NCBI GenBank assembly: GCA_017857855.1
Contig: JAFMCI010000001.1
Location: forward strand, 33,982-97,981
DNA from: Bacteroidia bacterium
GTDB lineage: Bacteria; Bacteroidota; Bacteroidia; NS11-12g; UBA9320
Reading direction: 5' to 3'
Length of the DNA stretch: 64,000 bases
Positions 1 through 10,073 of the stretch are shown in pieces. The translations under genes and the position numbers were made by a program. The notes under the pieces were generated by a model, which saw nothing but the letters and a program-made list of their open reading frames with translations, had not been told where the DNA came from and made no database searches. The first letter of the stretch is position 1. Each line of letters begins with the position of its first letter.

Positions 1-447
1 TTTGCTTACGGTTGAACCTAGTTTATTTTCTGCTACTGTTTTTAATTCTCTTAGGATGTATGAAGAAAGCTCAACAGGTGAGTAGCTTTTGGTACCTATT
101 CTAACTTTAACAAGCTTATCTTCTTCGTCAATTATGGTATAATTAAGCTTGTGATTGTGATTTTCTATGTCTTGATAGCTTTTTCCTAGTAGTCTTTTTA
201 TAGAATAAATAGTATTTTCTGGTTCCTCCACTAGCATTTCTATCGCCTTTTTACCTACTTGTATTTGCTCACCAAAATATAAAGCACTTGGGATTATACT
301 GTCATCATCTTTGGTAATGCAATAAGGTTGTCTATCCGATTCTCTCACCGTAGCTATTAGACTGTTAGTTGTGCCAAGGTCGATGCCTATAACTGTGTTA
401 TCTTTTGCAACTGTCCCGGATGTAAGATTTATGGATATTTTAGCCAT
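1..447 (-). CDS. Hsp70 family protein (HscA/HscC-like), N-terminal fragment; the CDS continues beyond the window start
   Basis: Reverse-complement translation of 447..1 begins MAKISINLTSGTVAKDNTVIGIDLGTTNS...KRLLGK, the Hsp70 phosphate-1 motif. The ORF runs off the window, so it is absent from the ORF track. Confidence 0.6.
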   Translation of the reverse strand, partial: MAKISINLTSGTVAKDNTVIGIDLGTTNSLIATVRESDRQPYCITKDDDSIIPSALYFGEQIQVGKKAIEMLVEEPENTIYSIKRLLGKSYQDIENHNHKLNYTIIDEEDKLVKVRIGTKSYSPVELSSYILRELKTVAENKLGSTVSK

Positions 448-501
448 GGCTGCAAAGGTACCTAATCTAATATCAAGGTTTTAACAATTACATAGTTAAA
501 T

Positions 502-945
502 TTGTCTTCGATGAAGAAGAATTACTACGAGTTACGGCAATATAACAATGTAATTCTCTTTGACGGTGTATGTAACCTGTGCAATGTATCGGTTGATTTT
601 ATTATTGCCCGAGAACGTGGAAATAATTTACACTTTGCATCATTGCAAAGTGCTTTGGGCAAATCAGCTTTGGAAGGAATGTCCGAGGATACTCGTTTAG
701 ATAGTATTTTTTTCTGTAAGGATGGACGTATATTTAGTGAGTCCGAAGCGGTTTTGCAAATTTGTTATTTTATGAAACGGCCTTGGAGATGGCTTATAAT
801 ATTTCGAATTATTCCCTTAAAACAAAGAGATAAGGTTTATCAGTGGGTATCCAGAAATCGCTATAAATGGTTTGGTAAAAGGGATGTATGTAGAACAACT
901 AACCTGGTCGAGAACGAAAAAATATTAAGCAAGTTTATTAGCTAA
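502..945 (+). CDS. DCC-family thiol-disulfide oxidoreductase (DUF393)
   Basis: FDGVCNLCN motif near the N-terminus; length 147 aa is typical of the DCC1-like family. Confidence 0.6.
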   Translation: MSSMKKNYYELRQYNNVILFDGVCNLCNVSVDFIIARERGNNLHFASLQSALGKSALEGMSEDTRLDSIFFCKDGRIFSESEAVLQICYFMKRPWRWLIIFRIIPLKQRDKVYQWVSRNRYKWFGKRDVCRTTNLVENEKILSKFIS

Positions 946-1956
946 TTGACCGCACGCTGCGTCAATATCCTTGCCTCGACTTCTGCGTATGTTTACAATC
1001 ACCTTATTTTTTTCGAGATAGTCGGCAAACCGTTGAATTTTTTCTGCTGAGCTAGATTTAAATTCAGCTAAATCGATAGGGTTATATTCTATTAAGTTAA
1101 TCTTACACTTAATTTGACGGGCAAAGGAAACAAGTTCTTCTGCTTCAAATGGGTCGTCGTTTATGTCGTTTATCACGCAATACTCTAAGGTGACTCTGGT
1201 ACCCGTCTTATCGTAGAAATAATTTAGCGCTTCAATCAAGTCCTCCAAAGAGTTGCTGTCATTGATAGGCATAATCTTACTTCTTTTTTCATTATTTGCC
1301 GAGTGAAGAGAGAGAGCTAAATTAAATCTAGCGCCGTCATCGCCTAGTTTCATGATCATTTTGGCAACACCAGCAGTTGAGAGTGTAATTCGCTGTGGCG
1401 ACATCCCTAGGCCGTCTGGGGATGTAATTCTTTCTATTCCACTCATTACATTTGTGTAGTTTAGTAAAGGTTCACCCATTCCCATAAGCACGATATTACT
1501 AAGATTTATACCATATTCTTTTTCGGCTTCTGCTCTAAGAATGGCTACCTGGTCATACATTTCGTCTGCGCGCAGATTTCGTTCTCGCTTCATAAAACCA
1601 GTTGCACAAAAAGTACAACTTAAGCTACATCCTACCTGCGATGAAATGCATGCAGTAACACGTTCAGATGTTGGTATTAGGACTCCTTCTACTAAAAAGC
1701 CGTCATTTAGTCTAAAGGCGTATTTGATGGTTCCATCTGTGCTCTTTTGTGAGTTGGCTATGGTCATACCCAATATAGCATAACTATCATTTAATTTAGC
1801 TCTAAAGTCAAGCGATAAGTTGGTCATCTCTTCAAAAGACCTAGCACTTTTTTGCCATAACCATTCCCAAAGTTGGGTAGCTCTAAACTTTTTTTCACCC
1901 ATTGCCTCACATGCGGCTAAAAGTTCATCTTTAGAAAGTGAGCGAATGTCAATCAC
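925..1956 (-). CDS. rlmN: 23S rRNA (adenine2503-C2)-methyltransferase, radical SAM
   Basis: CxxxCxxC radical-SAM motif (CSLSCTFCATG); 343 aa; RlmN-like N-terminal region. Confidence 0.85.
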   Translation of the reverse strand: MIDIRSLSKDELLAACEAMGEKKFRATQLWEWLWQKSARSFEEMTNLSLDFRAKLNDSYAILGMTIANSQKSTDGTIKYAFRLNDGFLVEGVLIPTSERVTACISSQVGCSLSCTFCATGFMKRERNLRADEMYDQVAILRAEAEKEYGINLSNIVLMGMGEPLLNYTNVMSGIERITSPDGLGMSPQRITLSTAGVAKMIMKLGDDGARFNLALSLHSANNEKRSKIMPINDSNSLEDLIEALNYFYDKTGTRVTLEYCVINDINDDPFEAEELVSFARQIKCKINLIEYNPIDLAEFKSSSAEKIQRFADYLEKNKVIVNIRRSRGKDIDAACGQLANKLA

Positions 1957-2016
1957 AAGGCAAAGGTAATGAAGATAGGAAGGACAAATAGATTAATTCG
2001 CAATCTTACTGACCTA

Positions 2017-3171
2017 TTAATATTCAATGCCTGCTATAGTTAGCTTTTTAGTAGGATGCTGTTCGCATCTTCCTATTATTTTCGCTTCTATATTAAAGCT
2101 GTTAGAAATAGTAATGAGCTCTTGAGCGATTTTTTTGTCGCAGTAAATTTCAAGACGATGACCCATATTGAAGACTTCATACATTTCCTTGAGTGGTGTT
2201 CCCGTGGTTTCATGTATGGTTTTAAATAATGGAGGCATATCTATTAAATTATCTTTAATAATGTGGAGCGGTTTATCCAAGAATTTCATCACTTTAGTTT
2301 GTGCTCCTCCGGTACAATGAATTATTCCATGAATGGCATTTTTTAATTCATTGTTTTCTACAATTTTATTTAAGATAGGTGCATACGTTCTAGTAGGACT
2401 AAGAAGTGCCTTACCAATGTCAAGCGGTGTTCCTTCTAGTTTATCTGTTAAGTTAAATTTTCCCGAGTATATGTATTCCTCGTCTGTATTTAAGTCGTAG
2501 GATTCCGGATATTTTTGATGGTAGTTATGCGCTAATAAATCGTGTCGACCTGAAGTTAATCCGTTGGATCCAGTTCCTGCATTGTACGATGTCTCATATG
2601 TAGCTTGTCCAAATGAAGCAAATCCAACTATTACGTCGTCATCTTGAATATCAATTTCAAGAATTTCACTTCTTTTTGGTCTGCAAGCAACGGTACTATC
2701 CACTATTAGTGTTTTTACTAAGTCTCCAACATCCGCAGTTTCACCACCGGTAAATTTGATTTTTACACCAAACTCAGCCATTGTGTCTATACAATCTTCA
2801 AACCCGTCTATTATCTCCTTAATTACTTCTCCAGGTATAAGGTGTTTGTTTCTACCTATGGTATTAGAAAGTAAAAATGGTCCTGTTGCGCCAGTGCAAA
2901 TAATATCATCAAGATTCATAACTAATGCATCTTGAGCTACACCGCGCCATACGCTTATGTCTCCGGTTTCTTTCCAATATAGGTATGCTAATGATGATTT
3001 AGTACCTGCTCCATCAGCGTGCACAATGTTGCAGTATTCCTCATCGCCTCCAATATAATCTTCTACAATTTTGCAGAAAGCATTAGGAAAAATACCCTTA
3101 TCTATGTTAGTAATAGCCTTGTGTACGTCTTCTTTTTGTGACGACACTCCTCGTTTTTCGTATCTGCTCAA
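2017..3171 (-). CDS. AIR synthase-related protein (PurM-like fold)
   Basis: 384 aa; PurM-like N- and C-terminal domains; architecture common in Bacteroidetes. Confidence 0.55.
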   Translation of the reverse strand: MSRYEKRGVSSQKEDVHKAITNIDKGIFPNAFCKIVEDYIGGDEEYCNIVHADGAGTKSSLAYLYWKETGDISVWRGVAQDALVMNLDDIICTGATGPFLLSNTIGRNKHLIPGEVIKEIIDGFEDCIDTMAEFGVKIKFTGGETADVGDLVKTLIVDSTVACRPKRSEILEIDIQDDDVIVGFASFGQATYETSYNAGTGSNGLTSGRHDLLAHNYHQKYPESYDLNTDEEYIYSGKFNLTDKLEGTPLDIGKALLSPTRTYAPILNKIVENNELKNAIHGIIHCTGGAQTKVMKFLDKPLHIIKDNLIDMPPLFKTIHETTGTPLKEMYEVFNMGHRLEIYCDKKIAQELITISNSFNIEAKIIGRCEQHPTKKLTIAGIEY

Positions 3172-3180
3172 TGATTTGTT

Positions 3181-5808
3181 TTATTCTTCTGATTCTTTTA
3201 AAAGCCAGATTTTACTGTCCTTAATTTCAAAATCTACGTAATCCTTTTCAAAAGTGCTAAATCCTAACATCAATTCGTTCGATTCAACCATTTTACATTT
3301 TACGTTAGTGAAGACTTTGTCATCTATCTTCAGTTCTTTTAGTGTAAAGGATGTTCCAAAAATCTTAGTTCCGTCTGCCAGTTTGATTTTTTCACCAGAA
3401 TCTTTAAAGTCATTAGCACTTATCGCGCTGGTGCTAATCAACTGTTCTACCATTTCTTGCGGTATTAAAGTTCTTCTTTCACTACCGTCATAGTTGAACT
3501 TAATTTTTTTACGTCCAATATAGCCGTAAACACTGTAGTTTCCTTCGCCTCTACCTGGTGTTAAAGAAATAAAATCGTATTTAGCAGAGAGCTCTTCAAA
3601 TTCTTTTTTAACTAAAAGCAAACTGTCATTAATTGCTTGGACTCTTAAGAAGCTGTCGATATCCCCTTTGGTCGCTGTTAAGAATTGACGTTGTTGCTCT
3701 AACAAGTATGGGCTATAAATGGAGCCTTTACCATTAAGTGCCGCGTCATTACGTTGAACGTAATCTACACCTATAGATAATACATCAAAATTACAGTTTA
3801 CTACTTTTACTGTAGTTCGTCTATTTTTTTGATGTTCATCTTCACTACAATTCGATTTTAGATTGTCTTCACAAGCGCAATTATTAACTAATTGTGACTC
3901 ACCATATCCTCGGGCTTCCAGTCTAAAAGGATTGATTTTCCCTTTTTCAATAATGTATTTTATAGCAGAATTAGCTCTTCTTTGTGAAAGATCTAAGTTG
4001 TAGTCGTAGTCTGCTCTACAATCCGTATGCGAACCAAGTTCCACGGCCATTTTGGGGTATTTCTGTAATGTTTTGATAAGATCATCTAAGATAGGTTTGG
4101 CGTCATCTCTAATGAAGTCCTCAGCAAGGTCATAGTAGATAGGAAGAACAAATACGTCATTACATGTATTTTTCATACAGAAATCTTTGATGTGTTGACA
4201 ATCTAGAGAATTTTCGACTCCCATAGTACTAACATATTGCGGCTTTGCGTCGTAGTAGTATGCATCTCTTTTGGACACTTCTAATGTGTACTCTCTGTTT
4301 ATTCCTATTTCAGTTTCGTAATATCCTTTGCTGTCGGTTCGGAGTCTTATTTTGCTAGAGTCTATGTTATTGCTAAGAATAACGATAGCGTCTACAATAG
4401 CAGTCCCGCTGTCACAATCTGTTACTTGTCCCTTTACTTTACAATTTATAGGCTCCATGGTGAACGCCCATATATCGTCTTGGTTTTTATCTCTGTTTGT
4501 AGTAAAGTAACCATTCTCTTTGGTTGCATCTATTATAATACCAAAATCGTCACCAGAAGAGTTTATAGGGCTTTTCATGTTCGTGGGTACAGCCCAATCT
4601 TCTGGACCATCACCACTTTTAGTAGTTTCGAATATGTCTAAACCACCAACACCTGGGTGTCCATCAGAAGCAAAGTAAAGGCTCCCGTCTTGATGTGCAT
4701 AAGGAAACATTTCGTTATCTTCAGTATTAATAGACGGACCTAAGTTGATTGGCTCACTCCAAGTTTTACCTCTTTTAACGTAGGTAACCATCCATATATC
4801 TTTGGTTCTCTCTAAGGCGCCGGTATCACCGTATCCCCCTGGTCTATCAGAAGCAAAGTACATGGTATTGTCATCGTCACTTAGTGTAGGATGACCGTAT
4901 GTCCAGTTAATATTTTCTTCGCCACTGCAAAAGCTTAATGGTTCTGGATTCATCACCCAACCTTTTCCTGCTTTTCTAGCTTCGTATATCTTACATTTTG
5001 GTGCTTGACCTTTTACTCCATTACATTGAGTAACATACATTTTGGTCATTCTGTTGTTAAAGGTAATAGCGCCGTCATTATAGTCTGTATTTAACTCTTC
5101 TACTAATACAGGAGCTTCCCATTTATCAGATTTTCCTCTTGCTGAGCTTTTTTTAACCATCCATACATCCGTGTGGAATCGCAGTGTTCTCCCATAAACA
5201 CCTTTGTCTGCTCCACCTTCTCTGTCAGAGGTAAACATTATTGTCGTTTGTTTTCGGTCTGCCCACACCGGCGAGAAGTCGTCTGCCGCTTTATCGTTAG
5301 CTACTTTAAATGTCTCTACTTGATATCTTGATTTTTGTTCTTTCCATACTAAAGCTGATTCACAACCTTTTATCATGGTCTCGGTGCGTTCATCACTTGG
5401 TGCCTCTTTTTGGTATTTTTTAAAGGATTCGATAGCTTGCTGATACTCGCCTAATTCTTTTTGTGTTTGTCCTAATCTGAATAAGACTTGTGGATCTTTG
5501 GCGCCGTAATTCAAAGATTTGGCATATAGTTTCAGTGCCTTCTTTGGTTGATGATTAAAACGATAACATTCAGCCCCTCTGAATGCTGCATTTTGTCTTT
5601 CTTCCTTTGTTAAGGAAGAATTACTTGCCAATTGGTCGTACATATCAGCGGCAATAGCATATTGCTTGATAAGCATAGCATCATCAGCTTTTTTCATAGT
5701 AACGCTTTTACATGCTGAAAGTAAGCCAATTACAACAAAAAATGCAACGGATTTGATTAGGTTTATGTTTTTCAGATTCATCGTATAAATAAGAACGTCA
5801 AAAATCAA
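3181..5808 (-). CDS. OmpA-family outer-membrane-associated protein with signal peptide, TPR region, TolB-like PD40 beta-propeller repeats, an OmpA C-terminal-like domain, and an extra ~200-aa C-terminal extension
   Basis: N-terminal signal/lipobox (LLSACKS); TPR-like helices; repeated FASDR/FTSDR PD40 motifs; OmpA motif (LGSHTDCRADYDYNLDLSQRRANSAIKYI...ARGYGES); about 200 aa follow the OmpA domain. Confidence 0.65.
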   Translation of the reverse strand: MIFDVLIYTMNLKNINLIKSVAFFVVIGLLSACKSVTMKKADDAMLIKQYAIAADMYDQLASNSSLTKEERQNAAFRGAECYRFNHQPKKALKLYAKSLNYGAKDPQVLFRLGQTQKELGEYQQAIESFKKYQKEAPSDERTETMIKGCESALVWKEQKSRYQVETFKVANDKAADDFSPVWADRKQTTIMFTSDREGGADKGVYGRTLRFHTDVWMVKKSSARGKSDKWEAPVLVEELNTDYNDGAITFNNRMTKMYVTQCNGVKGQAPKCKIYEARKAGKGWVMNPEPLSFCSGEENINWTYGHPTLSDDDNTMYFASDRPGGYGDTGALERTKDIWMVTYVKRGKTWSEPINLGPSINTEDNEMFPYAHQDGSLYFASDGHPGVGGLDIFETTKSGDGPEDWAVPTNMKSPINSSGDDFGIIIDATKENGYFTTNRDKNQDDIWAFTMEPINCKVKGQVTDCDSGTAIVDAIVILSNNIDSSKIRLRTDSKGYYETEIGINREYTLEVSKRDAYYYDAKPQYVSTMGVENSLDCQHIKDFCMKNTCNDVFVLPIYYDLAEDFIRDDAKPILDDLIKTLQKYPKMAVELGSHTDCRADYDYNLDLSQRRANSAIKYIIEKGKINPFRLEARGYGESQLVNNCACEDNLKSNCSEDEHQKNRRTTVKVVNCNFDVLSIGVDYVQRNDAALNGKGSIYSPYLLEQQRQFLTATKGDIDSFLRVQAINDSLLLVKKEFEELSAKYDFISLTPGRGEGNYSVYGYIGRKKIKFNYDGSERRTLIPQEMVEQLISTSAISANDFKDSGEKIKLADGTKIFGTSFTLKELKIDDKVFTNVKCKMVESNELMLGFSTFEKDYVDFEIKDSKIWLLKESEE

Positions 5809-5846
5809 AAATTATATGCCCAAAACCAAATTTATATTTTGGGCAC

Positions 5847-5887
5847 AAAAAAACCTCTTCTGCACCGTTATTTAGTGAAGAAGAGGT
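5847..5887 (-). terminator. Rho-independent terminator for the GS-III gene
   Basis: On the minus strand, a cctcttcttc...gaagaagagg stem followed by a T7 run, immediately 3' of the stop at 5914. Confidence 0.5.
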
Positions 5888-5913
5888 CTTTAGTATAGTG
5901 TGTTGTATGGCGT

Positions 5914-8076
5914 TTATTTCAGGAATAGAAGTTCACGATATTTAGGCAGTTGCCACATTTTATCGTCTACCAATTGTTCTAATTTGTCGGCATGGTAACG
6001 AATGTCGTCGAACGTTTCTTTTACTGTTTTGTGGTACGCTATTGCCATTTTTTGGGAATCAGATTCGAGATTAGCTAATCTTCTAGCCTCAACCATCGCA
6101 TCTGTTTTTGCTTTAGCTTGGTCAATATGTTCTGCAATTTCGGCTATAAGATGAAGTTGCGCTACACCTGCATTTAGTCCGGAATCTTTCATTGCTTTTA
6201 CGTTTTGAGCAAGTGATGTTAAGTATTCTATAGCGGGAGGAAGAATAAATGTATAGACTAAGTCACCTAAAACTCTGCCTTCAATTTGAATCTTTTTGAT
6301 GTATTCTTCTAACATTATTTCAAAACGGGCATGCAATTCTTCTTTAGTGAAAACACCATTTTTGACAAAGGTTGCTTCTGCTTGGTCACTTACATATGCT
6401 TTTAAAGCCTCCGCAGTGTTTTTGATATTGCTCAAGCCGCGTTTTGCTGCTTCCGAAGCCCACTCTTCACTGTAGTTATTACCTTCAAAGAGAATAGATT
6501 GAGCACTTCGCAAAACTTGTTTTAGTTCTGATACAATAGCTGTTTTTTGGTCCGTTCCATTTTCTATGGCCTGGTCAACCGCCTGTTTAAACAAAATTAA
6601 TTGATTGGCAACAGCACTATTTAATGCAGTCATAGGTTGAGCAGAGTTGGTGGATGACCCAACAGCTCTAAGCTCAAATTTATTCCCCGTAAATGCAAAC
6701 GGTGAAGTTCTATTTCTATCGGTATTATCTCTAAATATTTCAGGAATAGTATCTATGTAAATAGATTTTCTGTCGTCCTTATCGCTTGCCGTGCTATCAC
6801 TTAAAAATGCATTTAAAACATCTGTAAGTTTGGACCCTATAAACGCAGAGATAATTGCAGGAGGCGCCTCATTTGCTCCCAGTCTGTGATCATTTGAAGC
6901 AGAAGCAATGCTCGCTCTTATGATATCAGCATTGTCATGTAAAGCCTTAATGGTATTAATGAAAATAGTCAAAAAGAGTAAATTAGAATTAGGGTCGCTT
7001 CCTGGAGAAAGAAGATTAGTGCCTGTATTCGTAATTAACGACCAGTTATTGTGTTTGCCTGATCCGTTTATGCCTGCGAAAGGTTTTTCGTGAAACAGAA
7101 CTCGGAAATGATGTTTATGAGCCAAATGGTCCATTAAGTCCATCAATAATTGATTATGATCTACGGCAAGATTTACATCTTCAAACATAGGTGCGCATTC
7201 ATATTGTCCAGGCGCAACTTCGTTGTGTCTGGTTTTTAGGGGAATGCCCAGTTTAGCGGCCTCTATTTCCACTTCATACATGTAATTAAAGACCCTATCA
7301 GGAATAGCGCCAAAATAATGATCGTCCATTTGTTGGCCTTTGGCAGGAGCATGGCCCACTAGGGTTCTGCCACACATCATTAAGTCCGGACGAGCATTAA
7401 ACATAGCTTCATCTACCAGAAAGTATTCTTGTTCTATACCCAATGATGGTTTAACAGAGGTTACTTTTTTAAGGAAGTATTTGCAAATTTCTGTTGCTGC
7501 TTGATCTACCAGTTTGATAGATTTAAGAAGAGGGGCTTTATAATCTAGTGCTTCTCCATTGTATGAAACAAAAACGGTTGGGATACACAACGTTTTACCG
7601 GTGCTGTTTTCGTGAATAAATGCAGGCGATGACGGATCCCAAGCGGTATAACCTCTTGCTTCAAAAGTATTTCGAAGTCCTCCATTTGGTAAACTTGACG
7701 CATCTGGCTCTTGTTGTACTAGTGATCCTGCTGAAAATTTCTCCACTGCTTTACCTCCACTAGGTTCCCAGAAAGAGTCGTGTTTTTCTGCAGTAGAACC
7801 TGTAAGTGGTTGAAACCAGTGAGTGTAATGCGTTGCTCCTTTGCTCAATGCCCATTGCTTCATGCCAGAGGCTACGTGCTCTGCCATTTTACGATTGATT
7901 GTTTTTCCTTCAGTTACTGATTTTGTAACAGATTCATAAGCTTCTTTGCTTAAGAAATCGCGCATTGCGAGATCATCAAACACATTAAAATTGTAAAGCT
8001 TAGTGAACGAAACATTTCCTTTGTGAGAAAATGTGTTTTTTCGGTTTGAAACGGTTTTTATTGCTTGATGACGCAT
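5914..8076 (-). CDS. glnN: Glutamine synthetase type III
   Basis: 720 aa, the characteristic GSIII size; GS catalytic domain region. Confidence 0.8.
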   Translation of the reverse strand: MRHQAIKTVSNRKNTFSHKGNVSFTKLYNFNVFDDLAMRDFLSKEAYESVTKSVTEGKTINRKMAEHVASGMKQWALSKGATHYTHWFQPLTGSTAEKHDSFWEPSGGKAVEKFSAGSLVQQEPDASSLPNGGLRNTFEARGYTAWDPSSPAFIHENSTGKTLCIPTVFVSYNGEALDYKAPLLKSIKLVDQAATEICKYFLKKVTSVKPSLGIEQEYFLVDEAMFNARPDLMMCGRTLVGHAPAKGQQMDDHYFGAIPDRVFNYMYEVEIEAAKLGIPLKTRHNEVAPGQYECAPMFEDVNLAVDHNQLLMDLMDHLAHKHHFRVLFHEKPFAGINGSGKHNNWSLITNTGTNLLSPGSDPNSNLLFLTIFINTIKALHDNADIIRASIASASNDHRLGANEAPPAIISAFIGSKLTDVLNAFLSDSTASDKDDRKSIYIDTIPEIFRDNTDRNRTSPFAFTGNKFELRAVGSSTNSAQPMTALNSAVANQLILFKQAVDQAIENGTDQKTAIVSELKQVLRSAQSILFEGNNYSEEWASEAAKRGLSNIKNTAEALKAYVSDQAEATFVKNGVFTKEELHARFEIMLEEYIKKIQIEGRVLGDLVYTFILPPAIEYLTSLAQNVKAMKDSGLNAGVAQLHLIAEIAEHIDQAKAKTDAMVEARRLANLESDSQKMAIAYHKTVKETFDDIRYHADKLEQLVDDKMWQLPKYRELLFLK

Positions 8077-8166
8077 ATTTTAATCTATTTTGAGTGCAAA
8101 AATAATATTTTACACTAAATAGCCTAAAATCAGAACCGTTATTGCTAGAAAAAAATAAAAATGAGA

Positions 8167-9237
8167 TTACAACCCGCCTACTTTTAGCTTTTCAGCATTT
8201 TCAGCCATTTTTAATGAGTTGATTACTTCCATGATATCACCATTCATCACTCCATTTAGGTTATATAACGTAAGATTGATACGGTGATCAGTTACTCTAC
8301 CTTGAGGGTAGTTGTAGGTCCGTATTTTGGCAGATCTATCTCCTGTGCTCACCATTGTTTTACGCTGTGCAGCAATGTCACCATTACGTTTTACAAGTTC
8401 GATATCGTATAATTTTGAGCGAATCATATCCATCGCTAACTCCCTATTGGCTAATTGAGATCTTGCTTGTTGGCAAACTACAACTATTCCACTTGGCTTG
8501 TGAGTTAGTTGTACTTTGGTTTCCACCTTATTTACGTTCTGCCCACCAGCACCTCCCGAGCGACTGGTTTGCATATCTATATCCGCAGGGTTTATTTGTA
8601 AATCAATTTCTTCTACTTCTGGCAGTACCGCTACTGTAGCAGCAGATGTGTGTACGCGACCTTGTGTTTCGGTCTCGGGTACGCGCTGTACGCGGTGTAC
8701 GCCTGCTTCAAATTTCAGGGTTCCAAATATTTCATTGCCCTCCACTTTAATGATAACCTCTTTAAAACCCCCAGCAGTACCTTCAGTTACATCCATTATT
8801 TCGTGTTTCCAACCTTGGTTGTCAAAAAATTTGGTGTACATGCGATAAAGATCTCCAGCAAAAATGCTGGCTTCGTCCCCACCGGCTCCGGCACGTATTT
8901 CGACCATTGCATTTTTATCGTCTTCTGGATCTTTGGGTATTAGTAGCAGTTTTATCTCTTCCTCCAAAGGACCTTGTTTTCCGTTTAAATCTTCAAATTC
9001 TTCTTTGGCCATCTCCTTCATTTCAGGATCATTGCTGTTTTCTAATATTTCTTTGGCTTCTGCCAAATTTCCAAGAAGATTTTTGTATTCAAAATAGCGT
9101 TCAACCAGTTGTTTTAGATCGCTGTATTCTTTAGTAAGCTTGGTGAATTGCTTCATGTCAGAAGCGACGTCAGGGCTGCTAAGTAATAATTCTACTTCTT
9201 TAAATCGTGCGTGTATTCCCTCTAATGTTTCTAGCAT
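8167..9237 (-). CDS. prfA: Peptide chain release factor 1
   Basis: GGQ motif ([11 protein letters not shown]); RF1-type recognition loop region ([15 protein letters not shown]); 356 aa. Confidence 0.85.
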   Translation of the reverse strand: MLETLEGIHARFKEVELLLSSPDVASDMKQFTKLTKEYSDLKQLVERYFEYKNLLGNLAEAKEILENSNDPEMKEMAKEEFEDLNGKQGPLEEEIKLLLIPKDPEDDKNAMVEIRAGAGGDEASIFAGDLYRMYTKFFDNQGWKHEIMDVTEGTAGGFKEVIIKVEGNEIFGTLKFEAGVHRVQRVPETETQGRVHTSAATVAVLPEVEEIDLQINPADIDMQTSRSGGAGGQNVNKVETKVQLTHKPSGIVVVCQQARSQLANRELAMDMIRSKLYDIELVKRNGDIAAQRKTMVSTGDRSAKIRTYNYPQGRVTDHRINLTLYNLNGVMNGDIMEVINSLKMAENAEKLKVGGL

Positions 9238-9263
9238 GGCGTATTAACCTGCAAAAATACCTT

Positions 9264-10073
9264 TTACTCGCTGAGGTAAGAAATTATTTTGTTTTGGTTG
9301 AGGTAGTAAAGTTTTCTGTTGGCGGAAGAAAAAAAGGTAGATTCTGATAATTTTACGAATAGATCAATAGGGTTTCTGCTAAGCATAGGGTAAAGCATTA
9401 GGCTATTTTTAAAGGATAAATAAAAACCTCCAGGATAACTCTCTGCTTCGCTTATGCCGGATAAGTAATATGTAGTATTGTAGGTAGCGTACATATCAAA
9501 TTCATAAATACCAACCAATGAGTCTGCAACGTAAACCATATTGCCAAATTCCCATACTTTGAATGTGTTCAAATCGCTGCCGAGAACATTGTTCAAATAA
9601 GGCGACTCGGCTAAAACCTCTCCTTTTTTATTGATTTTTATTAATTTGAATTGAGATAGGTCCATAACCCAAATTTGATTATCAAATGATCTGGCGACAC
9701 AAGAAACATTGTTGTAGAAGTAGTCATTTAATCGTAGCTCACCTCTTAGATTTAGCATATTGTCGTAAAACACAATGATGTTCTGATCTTTGTGAAAAGT
9801 ATAAATTTCGAACGGGTTACTACAATCAATAGATGTTAGTGGACCATAGGATTTAATACTCACGTTGGTGAGCAGTTTGCCTTCACTTGAATATTTAAAA
9901 AGAGTTAAGGATTGGTCTGCTACAAAAATATTGCCTTTAAGATCCATCTCAAAGGAGGTGACATCTTTTACATCAGTCAACGTAAGCGTGTCTTGAGCAC
10001 TTAGCTGAACACCAACTACTATATTAATTATGATAAGTATGTAGCGTAATGTTTTTTCCATCCCATTCAGCAT
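9264..10073 (-). CDS. Hypothetical secreted protein; likely true start at the internal Met (MEKTLRY..., nt 10061)
   Basis: Signal-peptide-like N-terminus (LRYILIIINIVVGVQLSAQD). No motif recognised. The 5' end overlaps the 3' end of the lpxH-like gene out of frame. Confidence 0.4.
   Translation of the reverse strand: MLNGMEKTLRYILIIINIVVGVQLSAQDTLTLTDVKDVTSFEMDLKGNIFVADQSLTLFKYSSEGKLLTNVSIKSYGPLTSIDCSNPFEIYTFHKDQNIIVFYDNMLNLRGELRLNDYFYNNVSCVARSFDNQIWVMDLSQFKLIKINKKGEVLAESPYLNNVLGSDLNTFKVWEFGNMVYVADSLVGIYEFDMYATYNTTYYLSGISEAESYPGGFYLSFKNSLMLYPMLSRNPIDLFVKLSESTFFSSANRKLYYLNQNKIISYLSE

Noticed and set aside
1541-1783. 80-aa + strand ORF inside rlmN
   Set aside because: Antisense to the radical-SAM core of RlmN; no support.
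8355-9134. Five overlapping + strand ORFs of 75-110 aa inside the prfA coding region
   Set aside because: They are antisense to a well-supported RF1 gene, with low-complexity Ser/Pro/Leu-rich translations typical of spurious reverse-frame ORFs in AT-rich DNA.
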